This document shows, piece after piece, positions 1 to 10,901 of a stretch of DNA of 64,000 bases. The translations under genes were made by a program, and so were the position numbers. A model generated the notes under the pieces. The model saw nothing but the letters and a program-made list of their open reading frames with translations, was not told the origin of the DNA and did no database searches. Position 1 is the stretch's first letter. Each line of letters begins with the position of its first letter. The stretch is from NCBI GenBank assembly GCA_965214055.1, contig OZ243931.1, forward strand, positions 2,900,693 to 2,964,692, in the 5' to 3' direction. Source of the DNA: Candidatus Poriferihabitaceae bacterium. GTDB lineage: Bacteria; Pseudomonadota; Gammaproteobacteria; Arenicellales; Poriferihabitantaceae.

Positions 1-1508
1 CCTCTTCGGAATCCCATGCGGATGCCCAGGACCGCAACAATGACAGCCTGCGCGTGGATGGCAATGAACTTCGCTGCAAAGTCATCGGTGAAGGCGGAAA
101 TCTCGGCATGACCCAGCTGGGCCGCATCGAGTTTTCCCAAAATGGAGGATTGTGCTACACCGATGCGATCGACAACTCAGCCGGCGTGGATACTTCAGAC
201 CATGAAGTCAATATCAAGATCCTGCTCAATGCTGAAATGCAGGGAGACCGGATTACCCTGGAGGAGCGCAACGGAATCCTCTCGCAAATGGAGGATGATA
301 TCGCCAGGCTGGTCCTTCAGAACAACTATCTTCAAACCCAGGTGCTGAGCATGGATACCGAAAACAGCGTCCATGCCATGCCCCAGCAGTCCCGTGCCAT
401 CCGCATCCTTCAGAAAAAGGGGTTGTTGAATCGGAAGCTTGAATTTCTGCCGGACAGTTTCACGCTAAGGGAACGTTTTGACGAAGGGAGGTATCTGACC
501 CGTCCGGAACTCGCAGTCCTGTTGTCGTACAGCAAGATGGACCTGTATCAAAACCTGCTGGAGTCGGATTTGCCGGATGACCCGTATCTGAAATCAGAAC
601 TGGAACAGTATTTTCCGGATCTGATCCGGTCAAAATACCCGGACCAGATCCATGCGCACCGACTTGGAAGAGAGATTATTTCCACCCAGATCACCAACAA
701 CCTGGTCGGCACCATGGGGTCGACTTTTCATCTTCGGATCGGAGGATTGACCGGCAATACCGTCGCAGAGATGACCGGCGCCTATATTGCAGCAAGGGAC
801 ATCCTGAACAGCGATTCCCTGATGCACCAGATTCAGGCTCTGGACAATAAAATTGATTCTGCGGTACAAATGCAGTGTCTACTGCAATTGTCCAACTGCC
901 TGGAATCCTCCATACTGTGGCTGTTACGCAATCTGCGGCAGCCCATGACCATCCAGCCGGCAATCGAGCGGTTTTCCAGCGGCTATGACCAGCTGACAAA
1001 CGGTGTCATTGAAAAACGTTTTCATTTGCCTGGCCGCGCACGGTTTGAACAGGACCAGGCTGAATTGACCCGAAAAGGCATACCGGAACCCCTGTCCAAA
1101 TCCCTTGCAGCCCAACTCATACTGGTGAACGCCCTGGATATCCTGGAGATTGCCGGAGACCGGCAGGAACCTGAACGGGTAGCGGAAGTCTACTTCGGTA
1201 TAGAGAAGATTCTGGGTCTCGACTGGCTGCAGAACCAGATTGCTTCCCTCCCGGTGGAGAACGACTGGCACGAAAGATCAAAATTCAGCCTTTCCAGTGA
1301 TCTCCGGGGCCATCAGGACGAGATTGCACTGAAAATCGTTTCCACCTCATCGAAACAGACCAGCGAACAGTGTCTGGACCAGTGGACGAAGGACAACAAG
1401 TCGACGATTCGCAAATACTCGGCGATGATGGACGCTCTCAGAGAAGAACCTCATGCTGATTTTGTCATGCTGTCCGTTTCGGTGAGCGAATTGAATCGTT
1501 TCAAATGA
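1..1508 (+). CDS. gdhB: Large NAD-specific glutamate dehydrogenase, C-terminal part (5' end outside window)
   Basis: Motifs EGGNLGMTQLGRIEF, DAIDNSAGVDTSDHEVNIKILL and LTRPELAVLLSYSK, typical of ~1600-aa bacterial NAD-GDH. The frame is open from the window edge. Confidence 0.92.
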   Translation, partial: SSESHADAQDRNNDSLRVDGNELRCKVIGEGGNLGMTQLGRIEFSQNGGLCYTDAIDNSAGVDTSDHEVNIKILLNAEMQGDRITLEERNGILSQMEDDIARLVLQNNYLQTQVLSMDTENSVHAMPQQSRAIRILQKKGLLNRKLEFLPDSFTLRERFDEGRYLTRPELAVLLSYSKMDLYQNLLESDLPDDPYLKSELEQYFPDLIRSKYPDQIHAHRLGREIISTQITNNLVGTMGSTFHLRIGGLTGNTVAEMTGAYIAARDILNSDSLMHQIQALDNKIDSAVQMQCLLQLSNCLESSILWLLRNLRQPMTIQPAIERFSSGYDQLTNGVIEKRFHLPGRARFEQDQAELTRKGIPEPLSKSLAAQLILVNALDILEIAGDRQEPERVAEVYFGIEKILGLDWLQNQIASLPVENDWHERSKFSLSSDLRGHQDEIALKIVSTSSKQTSEQCLDQWTKDNKSTIRKYSAMMDALREEPHADFVMLSVSVSELNRFK

Positions 1509-1570
1509 TCCGATGCCCCCCTTGATACCCACACAATACGATCGGTCTGCCAACCGGGACCCCCGTTCCC

Positions 1571-2197
1571 GTGGGTTCCGGGCATGGCGGAAAATACGAA
1601 AATTCTTCCCATCACCCGACTGCGTTCCAACCCCCTGCCCCTGGATTTCCCGGCTCCGTCCGGTTTGAACGGGTATCACCGAGGAACCGGACTTTGCCCG
1701 ACACGGTCCAAAATGAAATCCAGCAGTTGCTATCCAGCCAGCGGTCACTGCATCTGGCCACCGTCAATACCCAGGGAATGCCCCTGTCGAGCTATGCCCC
1801 GTATTACCGTCATGAAACCGGGGATTTCTATATCCTTGTCAGCACTCTCACCGAGCACACCTCGAACCTGGAAAGCGGGGATGCCAGCATCCTGATCATT
1901 GAGGATGAACAAGCCGGATCACAGGTCTATGCACGGGTCCGGTTGCAGTTCCAGTGCAGCTCCCGTGAAATCCCGAGAGAAACGGACGAATTCCAGCGCT
2001 CGGCCAATGGGCTGCGCAGGCGGCATGGTGGAATCATCGACACGCTCCTTGGCCTCCGTGACTTCAAAATGTTCCGGCTCATCCCGCATCGTGGACGTTT
2101 CATAAAAGGGTTCGGACAGGCCTACCGGGTGAACAGGCTCTTGACCGAAATCCAGCCTGACACCGGGGCGGATGGAACTGGACTGAAGGGCCGCTGA
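1571..2197 (+). CDS. HugZ/HutZ-like pyridoxamine 5'-phosphate oxidase-fold (split-barrel) protein
   Basis: LATVN..G.PLSSYAPY, YILVSTL.EHT.NL, IIEDE....YARVRL and GRFIKGFGQAY. Start position uncertain. Confidence 0.75.
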   Translation: MGSGHGGKYENSSHHPTAFQPPAPGFPGSVRFERVSPRNRTLPDTVQNEIQQLLSSQRSLHLATVNTQGMPLSSYAPYYRHETGDFYILVSTLTEHTSNLESGDASILIIEDEQAGSQVYARVRLQFQCSSREIPRETDEFQRSANGLRRRHGGIIDTLLGLRDFKMFRLIPHRGRFIKGFGQAYRVNRLLTEIQPDTGADGTGLKGR

Positions 2198-2461
2198 GCA
2201 GTTTTTGCCGAAAGGGTGCCTAGACTCCCATCACTCACCGGTTTTCCGCCTGTTTCGGCCATCGGGGCGGGTTTCCCGGTGCAACCTGAACGGACCTGGA
2301 TTTGGGCGCCCGGTTCCGGGTGTACGGATTCAATGAACCGCCGCGTGGTCCCATGCCGTCCGTGCCCTTACCGAATGAAATATAACACAATACCCGGGAC
2401 ATCTTGTGTGCTGTCCGGGTCATCCAGTAGTATACGATTCCACATTCCGATTTGATCATGT

Positions 2462-3052
2462 ATGAATCACCCTGACCCCATCCGCTGCGTTGAACCGGAC
2501 CATTGTGCGTCCATCCTGCCCGTTCCGGAATCCGGCTTCCGGGTATTCGCGTACGGCTCATTGATGTGGAATCCCGGGTTCCCGTTTGCAGAGTCCCGGA
2601 TCGGCAGGCTGTACGGATATCACCGGGCCCTTTGTATCTGGTCAATCCAGTATCGGGGAACCGCAGCAAAACCCGGGCTGGTACTGGGCCTGGCACCCGG
2701 CGGCTCCTGCCGTGGAATCGTCTATCGGGTGCGTGACGGGGAAATCGAGCCGACCCTGGACTACCTGTATAAAAGGGAAATGATCACCCGTGTATACCGA
2801 CCGCGGACCGTCCCGATCCATCTGGAGAATGGACGCCGGGTGGATGCACTGGCGTTCGTTTCCGATACCGAACATCCCCAATATGCCTGTGGCCTGGACA
2901 CCCGGAAAATTACGGATATCGTCCGCCGGGCAACCGGGGGGATCGGCCCAAATACGGACTATATCCTGAGCACCGTGGAATCTCTCAACCAGCTTGGAAT
3001 CCGGGACCCCTGCCTCCAGGAAGTGGCATCCCAACTCGAAACCGAACCTTGA
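2462..3052 (+). CDS. chaC: Glutathione-specific gamma-glutamylcyclotransferase (ChaC family)
   Basis: [16 protein letters not shown]...PGLVLGL, YLYKREM and G..GPNTDY. Confidence 0.88.
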   Translation: MNHPDPIRCVEPDHCASILPVPESGFRVFAYGSLMWNPGFPFAESRIGRLYGYHRALCIWSIQYRGTAAKPGLVLGLAPGGSCRGIVYRVRDGEIEPTLDYLYKREMITRVYRPRTVPIHLENGRRVDALAFVSDTEHPQYACGLDTRKITDIVRRATGGIGPNTDYILSTVESLNQLGIRDPCLQEVASQLETEP

Positions 3053-3074
3053 AACCAACCCAATCAATCTGACC

Positions 3075-3428
3075 ATGACCGAAGAAACACTGTTTACAAA
3101 AATTGTGAAAGGAGAAATACCGGCGGATATCCTGTTCCAGGATGACCGGGCCACGGCATTTCGGGACATTCATCCTCAGGCACCCAGCCATATCCTGATC
3201 ATCCCCAACAAGCCGATTCCATCGGTCAATGACATCTGTGAAGAAGATGAGGCCCTGGTGGGGTATTTGTTTACCGTTGCAAGACAATTGGCCAAACAGG
3301 AAGGTATTGCCGACAATGGCTACCGGCTGCTGATCAACTGCGGACCCCATGGCGGCCAGGAAGTGTATCACCTGCATATGCACCTGCTGGGAGGCCGACC
3401 CCTGGGTCGAATGATTTCCAGGGGCTGA
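3075..3428 (+). CDS. hinT: Histidine triad nucleotide-binding protein
   Basis: [30 protein letters not shown] and HIT motif [18 protein letters not shown] at 3075 chosen. Confidence 0.92.
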   Translation: MTEETLFTKIVKGEIPADILFQDDRATAFRDIHPQAPSHILIIPNKPIPSVNDICEEDEALVGYLFTVARQLAKQEGIADNGYRLLINCGPHGGQEVYHLHMHLLGGRPLGRMISRG

Positions 3429-3554
3429 AGGACGGAACCCCTGCCTGTCATGACAGGCAGGTTCAGTCCGGACCCCCAGTCCGGACTGAATACCTCCCGT
3501 CAACGGGAACACCCCGGGAACGGCGAAACACGATGGATTCCGGATAATCGGGGG

Positions 3555-4040
3555 TTATCGGGAACGGGAGATTGCGTCCAGCAATACCACCGACTGGGCA
3601 GCGATTCCCTCTTCACGACCGGCAAATCCCAAGCGTTCGGTCGTGGTGGCCTTGACACTGACACACTCCACGGGAAGCTTCAGGTCCGAGGCAATGTTTT
3701 CTCTCATCCGGAGAATGTACGGGGCCATTTTTGGCCGTTCTGCGATGATGGTGGAATCCAGGTTGACAACGACCCAGCCGGCGGATTCCACCAAAAGAAC
3801 CACCTCTTTGAGCAGAACCCGGCTGTCCATGTTTTTGAATTGTGGCTTGTCTTCGGGAAAATGCAATCCGATATCCCCCAGCGCAGCGGCCCCCAGGCAC
3901 GCATCACAGATCGAATGGACCAGCACATCGGCATCCGAATGTCCTGCCAGACCGTGATGCCATTCAATAGCGACTCCACCAAGAACCAGACTTCTGCCTT
4001 CCACCAGGGCATGCACATCATATCCCGTCCCAATCCTCAT
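3555..4040 (-). CDS. ispF: 2-C-methyl-D-erythritol 2,4-cyclodiphosphate synthase
   Basis: [27 protein letters not shown] and [18 protein letters not shown]. Confidence 0.97.
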   Translation of the reverse strand: MRIGTGYDVHALVEGRSLVLGGVAIEWHHGLAGHSDADVLVHSICDACLGAAALGDIGLHFPEDKPQFKNMDSRVLLKEVVLLVESAGWVVVNLDSTIIAERPKMAPYILRMRENIASDLKLPVECVSVKATTTERLGFAGREEGIAAQSVVLLDAISRSR

Positions 4041-4753
4041 GGTCCGGACCCCCGTAAAAACAGTTCCAGGGCCGGCAAATCACCCGGAACGGTGAGTTTG
4101 ATATTGGATGGATGCCCTTCAATGATTTCGGGAAAGATGCCGCAATGCTCCATCGCCATGGATTCGTCGGTAACAAAATTCCCGGAATCCAGTGCCCGTT
4201 CAATCCCCCTGCACAGGTCTCCCAGACGAAATACCTGCGGGGTCAGCGCATGCCAAAGACCCGTGCGGTCGATGGTCCGCCTGACCCGGTTTTGGGTCCC
4301 CACCAGTTTCAGGGTATCCACCAGTCGCGTGCCGAGCACCGCACCCGTGCGGTTGGTTTTCACGCACTGGATCAACGCCAGGAGGTCACCCTGCCGCAGG
4401 CAGGGTCGAACCGCATCATGGACCAGTACCCAGTCGGAATTCCGGGCGCCCACCCGGTCCCGCAAACAGTTCAGACCATTCAAGACGGTATGGACCCGCT
4501 GGGAGCCTGCCTGGAATGTGCCCCGGAATTTATCATCGCTGAACGGGTTTTTCCGCCACCAGACATCCTCCTTGCGGATTCCCGCTACCACGCCATCTAC
4601 CCGGTCGCATTCGCAAATCCGCTGCAGCGTGTGGTTCAGTATGGGCCGGTCTTCGATCTGGATGTACTGCTTGGGAATCCTGGAGCCCATCCTGGCCCCA
4701 ATGCCCCCGGCCGGAACCACTGCCCAGACTTTTTCCTGATCCGCTTTTTTCAT
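4037..4753 (-). CDS. ispD: 2-C-methyl-D-erythritol 4-phosphate cytidylyltransferase
   Basis: [30 protein letters not shown] and NIKLT. Overlaps the ispF start by 4 bp. Confidence 0.95.
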   Translation of the reverse strand: MKKADQEKVWAVVPAGGIGARMGSRIPKQYIQIEDRPILNHTLQRICECDRVDGVVAGIRKEDVWWRKNPFSDDKFRGTFQAGSQRVHTVLNGLNCLRDRVGARNSDWVLVHDAVRPCLRQGDLLALIQCVKTNRTGAVLGTRLVDTLKLVGTQNRVRRTIDRTGLWHALTPQVFRLGDLCRGIERALDSGNFVTDESMAMEHCGIFPEIIEGHPSNIKLTVPGDLPALELFLRGSGP

Positions 4754-4834
4754 CACTACCTCTATGGCCCAACCACGATAACACAGGTACAATCCGCAAC
4801 CCAGAATCCAGTCCGCTCCCCGGCATTACCCGAG

Positions 4835-7800
4835 TTGAAATCCCTGCTAAATCCCCTGCTTCCCCCAGAGGGGCACCAGGTTTCCTGGTCAAGACTGCAT
4901 GGCGCGGCCATGGGGCTCGCCATCGCTGAAGCCGCCCGGACCTCCAACCGGGTATTGCTGGTCGCACTCGAAGACCAGCATCGGCTTGAGATGCTGGAAA
5001 CCGAGATTCGCTATTTCCTCGGGCCCTCGGACCCCGACATGGTACACCACTTCCCGGGCTGGGAATGTCTTCCCTACGATAATTTTTCTCCCTATCAGGA
5101 TATTATATCGGAACGGCTGCGTTTGCTCAGTCGGTTGCCGGATATGAAATCCGGAGTCGTCCTCGTCCATTGTGCGGACCTGATGCAGCGGCTCCCTCCC
5201 ACTGACTACATCCTCAGTCATACGTTTTCACTGCACCGGAACCAGAAAGTTGACCTCAAGGGGCTGCAATCACGCCTGGTCCAGTCCAACTATGTTTCGG
5301 TCACCCAGGTCATGTCCCCCGGTGAATTCGCGGTACGCGGAGGACTGATTGATGTTTTTCCCATGGGTTCGGATATCCCGTTCCGACTGGACCTGTTCGA
5401 CCAGGATATTGAATCCATTCGGCTCTTTGACCCGGAAACCCAGCGTTCCCATGAAAAAGTGAACGCCATCGAACTGTTGCCCGCCAGAGAATTCCCGGTT
5501 ACCGAAGAAGGGGTCCGGAAATTCCGCTCCTCCTTTCGCAAAAGGTTTGAAGGGGACCCCAGCCAGCAACGCATGTATCGGGAAATCTCCATGGGGATTG
5601 TCCCCCCTGGTTCGGAGTTCTTTTTCCCCCTGTTTTTTGATTCAACCTCCACGATTTTCGACTATCTCCACAAGAAAACCATTTTTGTCCAGATAGCCGA
5701 ACAGGCGGATTTCCCGCTGACCCACTGGGCGGAAATCAAGGATCGGTACACCACCGCCAGTGCCGATGTGACCCAAAAAACCCTTGATCCCGAAGAACTG
5801 TATCTGCATCCGGATGAGGTGGAGGAAGCCATCCAGGGATATTCCCGTATTCGGGTAGTTGGCGACCACCCGGTGGAATCCGCCTGGCAAGCTGCCGTGC
5901 AGCCCAGCCCGGACTACCCGGTCAATCCCCGGAACGAGGCCCCGTATCAGTCTCTCGTCACCCATCTGAAGAAAACCCGCAACCGGGTCCTGATGATCGC
6001 AGGAAGTCCCGGAAGACGGGAAGCGCTGGATGGGGTGCTGAAGCACAACGGGCTGCCGAGTTCTCCCATCCCGGATTTCCATGAATTTCCGGGTGCGGAC
6101 ACCCCCCTGGGGTTGACCATTGCACCCCTGGAACGTGGCCTGATATTGCCGGATGTGGGCATGGAAATGATCTGTGAATCCCAGTTGTACGGAGACCGGG
6201 TGTATCAGAAAAGACAGCGCAGTGCACAATCAAGAAACCCGGACGCCATTATCAAGTCCCTGGCCGAGTTGAATATCGGCGACCCGGTGGTCCACATCGA
6301 GCACGGTGTGGGGAGATTTATCGGACTCCAGATGTTGACCATCAGTGGCGAAAAATCAGAATTCCTTGCCCTTGAATACCTGGACCACGACAAACTGTTC
6401 ATTCCGGTCCTGTCCCTGGACCGGATCAGCCGATTTGTCGGAGGCTCTCCAGACCAGGCGCCCCTGCACCGACTCGGCGGCGATCAATGGGAAAAATCAA
6501 AAAAACGGGCCAGGGAGAAGGCCTACGATGTGGCCACCGAACTGCTTGAAGTGGAAGCCTTGCGCAATGCCCGACAGGGACATCCATTTGACCCGGACCA
6601 GGAAGCGTTTGACCGTTTCTGCAGCCAGTTCCCTTTTGAGGAGACCCCCGATCAGCAACAGGCCATTGAAGAAACGCTTTCGGACCTGTATTCCGCCGAC
6701 CCCATGGATCGGCTGGTATGCGGGGATGTGGGATTCGGAAAAACCGAAGTGGCGTTACGAGCCGCTTTTGTCGTCGCCATGAGTGGCAAGCAGGTGGGGA
6801 TACTGACCCCCACCACCCTGCTCGCGCAACAGCACTATCAAACATTCAGTGACCGGTTTGCCGATTGGCCAATCACGATCGCCATGCTTTCGCGGTTCAA
6901 CACTCCCAGCCAGACCAGGGAGGCCCTGGCACAATTGGAGAGAGGAACCCTGGACATTGTCATCGGCACACACCGGCTGCTGCAACGGGATATTGCCTTC
7001 CAGGACCTGGGTCTGCTGATTATCGATGAAGAGCACCGTTTTGGTGTCCGACAAAAGGAAAAAATCAAACGGATCCGGAGCCAGGTGGATATACTGACCT
7101 TGACGGCGACCCCCATCCCCAGAACACTGAACATTTCCCTGGCCGGGTTGCGCTCCATATCGATTATCGGCAGCCCACCGGTCAACCGCCTGTCCATCAA
7201 GACATTTGTCCGGGAGTGGGATGCCGGCCTGATCCGGGAAGCGTGTCTGCGGGAAATCAGGCGGGGCGGCCAGGTGTTTTTCCTGCACAACGAGGTCCGC
7301 TCCATTGAACGGATGGCCAGGGACCTCGCCGAACTGGTTCCCGAAGCACAAATCAATATCGGTCATGGGAAAATGAGCGAAATCCGGCTGGAACGCGTTA
7401 TGCGTGATTTTTATCACCAGCGGTTTAATCTGCTGTTGTGTACCACAATCATCGAAAGCGGGATTGATATCCCCTCGGCGAACACCATCATCATCAACCG
7501 GGCAGACCGGTTCGGACTGGCACAATTGCACCAGATACGGGGGAGGGTCGGCCGTTCCCATCACCAGGCCTTTGCCTATCTCCTCATCCCGGACAGAAAC
7601 ACCATCACCTCCAATGCCAGAAAGAGGCTGGATGCCATTGAATCCATGCGGGACCTGGGGGCGGGTTTTGCCCTGGCATCCCATGACCTGGAGATTCGGG
7701 GAGCCGGTGAATTGCTGGGAGAGACACAGAGCGGGCTGATTGATGATGTCGGATTTTTCCTCTATAGCGAATATCTTTCCCTGGCAGTCAAAGACATCCG

Positions 7801-8350
7801 GCAGGGCTGTTCTCCCCAAGTGGAGCAGGCATTCGACCTTGAGAAAGCAACAAATCTTGAGTTGCACCTCCCTGCCCTGTTCCCCGAGGACTATTTGCCC
7901 AACCCGCAGATCCGACTGACCCTGTACAAACGGATTTCCAGTGCACCCACCCTGGAAGACCTCCGGGAACTTCAGGTTGAAGTCATTGACCGCTTCGGGC
8001 TCCTGCCGGAAGCGGGAAGCAACCTGTTTCACCTGGCTGCCCTGCAACTGAAAGCCGATCACATCGGGATTCAGAAACTCGATATCGGCCCCCGTGGAGG
8101 AAGCATTGAGTTTCATGAAAAACCGGCCATCGACCCCGGGGTGATCTTTTCCATGATTCAGGGCGCACCACAAAAATACCGGTTATCGGAGTCCCATGTC
8201 TTTCACATTACCGATGACCTGGAAGATCCTGTCACACGCATAGGGAAAGTCAATGATCTCGTGGATACATTGCTCCATTCCGGACCCGACCATTTCCCCG
8301 GAAATTTTCCCTCACCGGCGGATGATCACGTGGGAACCTTGGTACAATAG
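4835..8350 (+). CDS. mfd: Transcription-repair coupling factor
   Basis: GDPVVHIEHGVGRF, FPFEETPDQ, DRLVCGDVGFGKTEVA, DEEHRFGV, QIRGRVGRS and DLEIRGAGELLG. TTG start at 4835 is estimated; the upstream part of ORF 4112-8350 is antisense to ispD. Confidence 0.95.
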   Translation: MKSLLNPLLPPEGHQVSWSRLHGAAMGLAIAEAARTSNRVLLVALEDQHRLEMLETEIRYFLGPSDPDMVHHFPGWECLPYDNFSPYQDIISERLRLLSRLPDMKSGVVLVHCADLMQRLPPTDYILSHTFSLHRNQKVDLKGLQSRLVQSNYVSVTQVMSPGEFAVRGGLIDVFPMGSDIPFRLDLFDQDIESIRLFDPETQRSHEKVNAIELLPAREFPVTEEGVRKFRSSFRKRFEGDPSQQRMYREISMGIVPPGSEFFFPLFFDSTSTIFDYLHKKTIFVQIAEQADFPLTHWAEIKDRYTTASADVTQKTLDPEELYLHPDEVEEAIQGYSRIRVVGDHPVESAWQAAVQPSPDYPVNPRNEAPYQSLVTHLKKTRNRVLMIAGSPGRREALDGVLKHNGLPSSPIPDFHEFPGADTPLGLTIAPLERGLILPDVGMEMICESQLYGDRVYQKRQRSAQSRNPDAIIKSLAELNIGDPVVHIEHGVGRFIGLQMLTISGEKSEFLALEYLDHDKLFIPVLSLDRISRFVGGSPDQAPLHRLGGDQWEKSKKRAREKAYDVATELLEVEALRNARQGHPFDPDQEAFDRFCSQFPFEETPDQQQAIEETLSDLYSADPMDRLVCGDVGFGKTEVALRAAFVVAMSGKQVGILTPTTLLAQQHYQTFSDRFADWPITIAMLSRFNTPSQTREALAQLERGTLDIVIGTHRLLQRDIAFQDLGLLIIDEEHRFGVRQKEKIKRIRSQVDILTLTATPIPRTLNISLAGLRSISIIGSPPVNRLSIKTFVREWDAGLIREACLREIRRGGQVFFLHNEVRSIERMARDLAELVPEAQINIGHGKMSEIRLERVMRDFYHQRFNLLLCTTIIESGIDIPSANTIIINRADRFGLAQLHQIRGRVGRSHHQAFAYLLIPDRNTITSNARKRLDAIESMRDLGAGFALASHDLEIRGAGELLGETQSGLIDDVGFFLYSEYLSLAVKDIRQGCSPQVEQAFDLEKATNLELHLPALFPEDYLPNPQIRLTLYKRISSAPTLEDLRELQVEVIDRFGLLPEAGSNLFHLAALQLKADHIGIQKLDIGPRGGSIEFHEKPAIDPGVIFSMIQGAPQKYRLSESHVFHITDDLEDPVTRIGKVNDLVDTLLHSGPDHFPGNFPSPADDHVGTLVQ

Positions 8351-8373
8351 GCAGACATTTCAACCGTGACAAG

Positions 8374-9084
8374 ATGAGGTCCTCCAGCGTGAATTGTCTG
8401 ATTGCTTCCCTGTTGTTTTTTCTGTGGACCAGCGTCGCCATGGCTCTCGATTATGATGTGGAGGTGTTGATTTTTGAGCGCTCCAATGCGGATACGCAAC
8501 CCCCGGAACCCGAACCCCCCGGCATGTCGGAATGGGGCATTGAGCGCCATCTTTCCAGAATAGCAAGCCTGGCATCCAATGCCGTTGAAATCGAAAGCCT
8601 GGTATCCGATGCCCTGGAACATGAAGCCGAACCGGATCTGGTCCATCTGGACCCGGTGGTCCGGAATCTGAAGCTTTCGGGCTACCCAATCCTTCAGGCT
8701 GTCCGGTGGACCCAGCCGGGGAACATATACCAGTACTCGCCCCTTGTTTCACTTGGCACCCCGGAAAACACGTTGCTCCACGCCTACATTCGCATTTACA
8801 AAACCTCCGGAATTCATGCCGATGTGGATGTCCGGATGACACCCTCCGCTTTCGCTCCACTTGTGGAAAACGACCAGTCGGACTTGCAGCCAGATCCCGG
8901 GGTCCCCGGTATCGAAATCGTGGAAACAGACCCCCTGCCACCGCAGTATTTTATCTCGGAGAAACGAAGGCTGAAATTCGAGGAAGTGCACTACCTCGAT
9001 CATCCGAAATTCGGTGTGATTCTGGGGGTGTGGCCCGCCGAGTTGAAGAAAGACCCGAATGTTGACCCGACGGTTGAACTGTGA
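8374..9084 (+). CDS. CsiV-family periplasmic peptidoglycan-binding protein
   Basis: Signal peptide, YDVEVLIFER and C-terminal EKRRLKFEEVHYLDHPKFGVI. Directly after mfd, as in many gammaproteobacteria. Confidence 0.75.
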   Translation: MRSSSVNCLIASLLFFLWTSVAMALDYDVEVLIFERSNADTQPPEPEPPGMSEWGIERHLSRIASLASNAVEIESLVSDALEHEAEPDLVHLDPVVRNLKLSGYPILQAVRWTQPGNIYQYSPLVSLGTPENTLLHAYIRIYKTSGIHADVDVRMTPSAFAPLVENDQSDLQPDPGVPGIEIVETDPLPPQYFISEKRRLKFEEVHYLDHPKFGVILGVWPAELKKDPNVDPTVEL

Positions 9085-9090
9085 CCCCCC

Positions 9091-9117
9091 CTTCCGGTCA
9101 TCCGTGATGACAGGAAG
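9091..9117 (+). terminator. Stem-loop after csiV (possible terminator or pause site)
   Basis: CTTCC-G-GTCATC-CGT-GATGAC-A-GGAAG inverted repeat. No U-tract follows. Confidence 0.3.
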
Positions 9118-9198
9118 ACAGATGTGTGCCATCCCCATGGATGGACGAAACAACCCCACTGAATTGTATTGTAATTCCATTTGGAGGAAAGAAGACTG

Positions 9199-10260
9199 AT
9201 GCCCTTTGCCCGAAATGCAGGCTCCATTCTCATTGCACTCCTGCTCGCTGCCGGACCCTTTACCGGGCCTGCGGCGGCCCAGGAATACAACTGGACAATG
9301 ACCTCATATGTACCCAAGGAATCCGGCACCTGGAACAACTATATGCAACGATTCATCGATGCCGTTCATCTGTTTACGAATGACCGGGTGAAGATAAAGG
9401 GCTTCAGTGTTGGCGTTCTTTCGGGACCATTCGATGGATGGGATGCGGTACGCAAGGGCAATGCTGACATCTGCTTCTGTTATCCCGGGTTCGCGGTCAA
9501 TGCGGACCCCGCCAACGGTATTTTTGCGGGCATGGCCGGGGGAATGCCCATGGAAGAGTTCATGCACTGGCTGCTTGCCGATGAAGGAAAAACGCTGCTG
9601 GCGGATTTCCGCAGGACCCAGGGACTCCATTCCGTGGTCACCGGCATGGGGTCGACGGAGATCTTCCTGCATGCACACCGAAAGGTGGAAACACTGTCGG
9701 ACCTAAAGGGGATGAAAATCCGTACCGCCGGTGCCTGGGCAGATATCCTGGCGGGTCTCGGTGCCTCGGCCACCGTCATTTCACCGAAGGATATCTACAC
9801 GGCGCTGGAACAGGGCCTGATTGACGGCACCGAATTTGTGACCCCCGCGACCAATATCAAGCTCGGCCTGCACAGGATCGCCAAGTATATCGTCGTTCCA
9901 GGAATCCACTCTCCCGCCCACATGAACGAAGCCGTATTCAGGCTGGAGGACTGGGAATCCCTGCCTGAAACACTGCAAAAGCAGATCACTGCGGCGGGAG
10001 CATATGCGGGCCTGCAGTCGGCCCTGGAACTTGGCGTGGCAGATCTTGCAGCGGTTGAGGCCATGCAGACCGGAGAAAACGAATGGACCGTACTGGATGA
10101 CGATACCCAGGAAAAAATTGAGGAACTGGGGCGTGCCTGGTCCATGGAAAAGGCGAAGGAACAATTGGAGAAGGGAAACCCCTGGATGGCCCGGGTTTCC
10201 GAATCCTACTGGGGTTTTTACGACCGCTGGAAGAAATTCGGGACATACCGGCACAACTGA
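9199..10260 (+). CDS. TRAP transporter substrate-binding protein (DctP family)
   Basis: Signal peptide (AAA-QE), DLKGMKIRTAG with the conserved Arg, and IYTALEQGLIDGTEF. Confidence 0.9.
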   Translation: MPFARNAGSILIALLLAAGPFTGPAAAQEYNWTMTSYVPKESGTWNNYMQRFIDAVHLFTNDRVKIKGFSVGVLSGPFDGWDAVRKGNADICFCYPGFAVNADPANGIFAGMAGGMPMEEFMHWLLADEGKTLLADFRRTQGLHSVVTGMGSTEIFLHAHRKVETLSDLKGMKIRTAGAWADILAGLGASATVISPKDIYTALEQGLIDGTEFVTPATNIKLGLHRIAKYIVVPGIHSPAHMNEAVFRLEDWESLPETLQKQITAAGAYAGLQSALELGVADLAAVEAMQTGENEWTVLDDDTQEKIEELGRAWSMEKAKEQLEKGNPWMARVSESYWGFYDRWKKFGTYRHN

Positions 10261-10358
10261 AATATCGATGACCCAGACCAGCCACAGATCGGCATTTATC
10301 CTGGGCCCGGTCAACCCGGACCCCCTCATGGCCTCTTTCCCGGCCGGCACCTTTCCTG

Positions 10359-10901
10359 ATGTCCCGTTTCCTGTCCCTGATTGACAGCATTTCCAGGCTA
10401 CTGGCCGGGTTCGCAATGGCAATGCTCGTTATCCTGATTGGCGACATGATGTACGAGGTCGTCGCACGGCGGCTATTTTCCAACCCCACCCTGTGGGCCT
10501 ATGACATCGCCTACATGCTGAACGGCCTCGGTTTCCTGTTGGCTGCCGGATACACCCTGCGTCATAACGGCCATGTCCGGATCGACTACCTTTCCGGCAG
10601 GCTTTCTCCCCCCGCCCAGGACTGGATCAACGTCATCGTCTACCTCTTCCTGCTGTTTCCGGCGATAGGCTTTGTTCTGATCGGAGCATGGAACGAATTT
10701 CTGGAAGCCTGGCTGAATGATGAACTCGACCCTGCCAGCTCATGGAAACCCCTTCTGTGGCCATTGTTTCTCGGCATCCTGGTCGGATTTTCGGGTCTGC
10801 TCCTGCAAATGCTTGGGGAGTGCATCCGGCATATACGCAGCCTCCTGGGCCTGGGCCCCTCTCCGCTCACTGTTCTGAATGAGAACACCGGGAATGATTG
10901 A
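10359..10901 (+). CDS. TRAP transporter small permease (DctQ)
   Basis: Four hydrophobic segments, YEVVARRLFSNPTLWA and GYTLRHNGHVRID. Confidence 0.9.
   Translation: MSRFLSLIDSISRLLAGFAMAMLVILIGDMMYEVVARRLFSNPTLWAYDIAYMLNGLGFLLAAGYTLRHNGHVRIDYLSGRLSPPAQDWINVIVYLFLLFPAIGFVLIGAWNEFLEAWLNDELDPASSWKPLLWPLFLGILVGFSGLLLQMLGECIRHIRSLLGLGPSPLTVLNENTGND

Noticed and set aside
3450-4739. 429-aa + strand ORF and other long antisense ORFs (6755-8173, 31454-32629, 41568-42569, 59089-60330)
   Set aside because: They overlap well-supported genes on the opposite strand, have no recognisable motifs, and are expected in GC-rich DNA.
4112-4834. N-terminal 240 aa of the 1412-aa mfd ORF
   Set aside because: This is an antisense shadow of ispD. 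Mfd similarity starts only around 4835.
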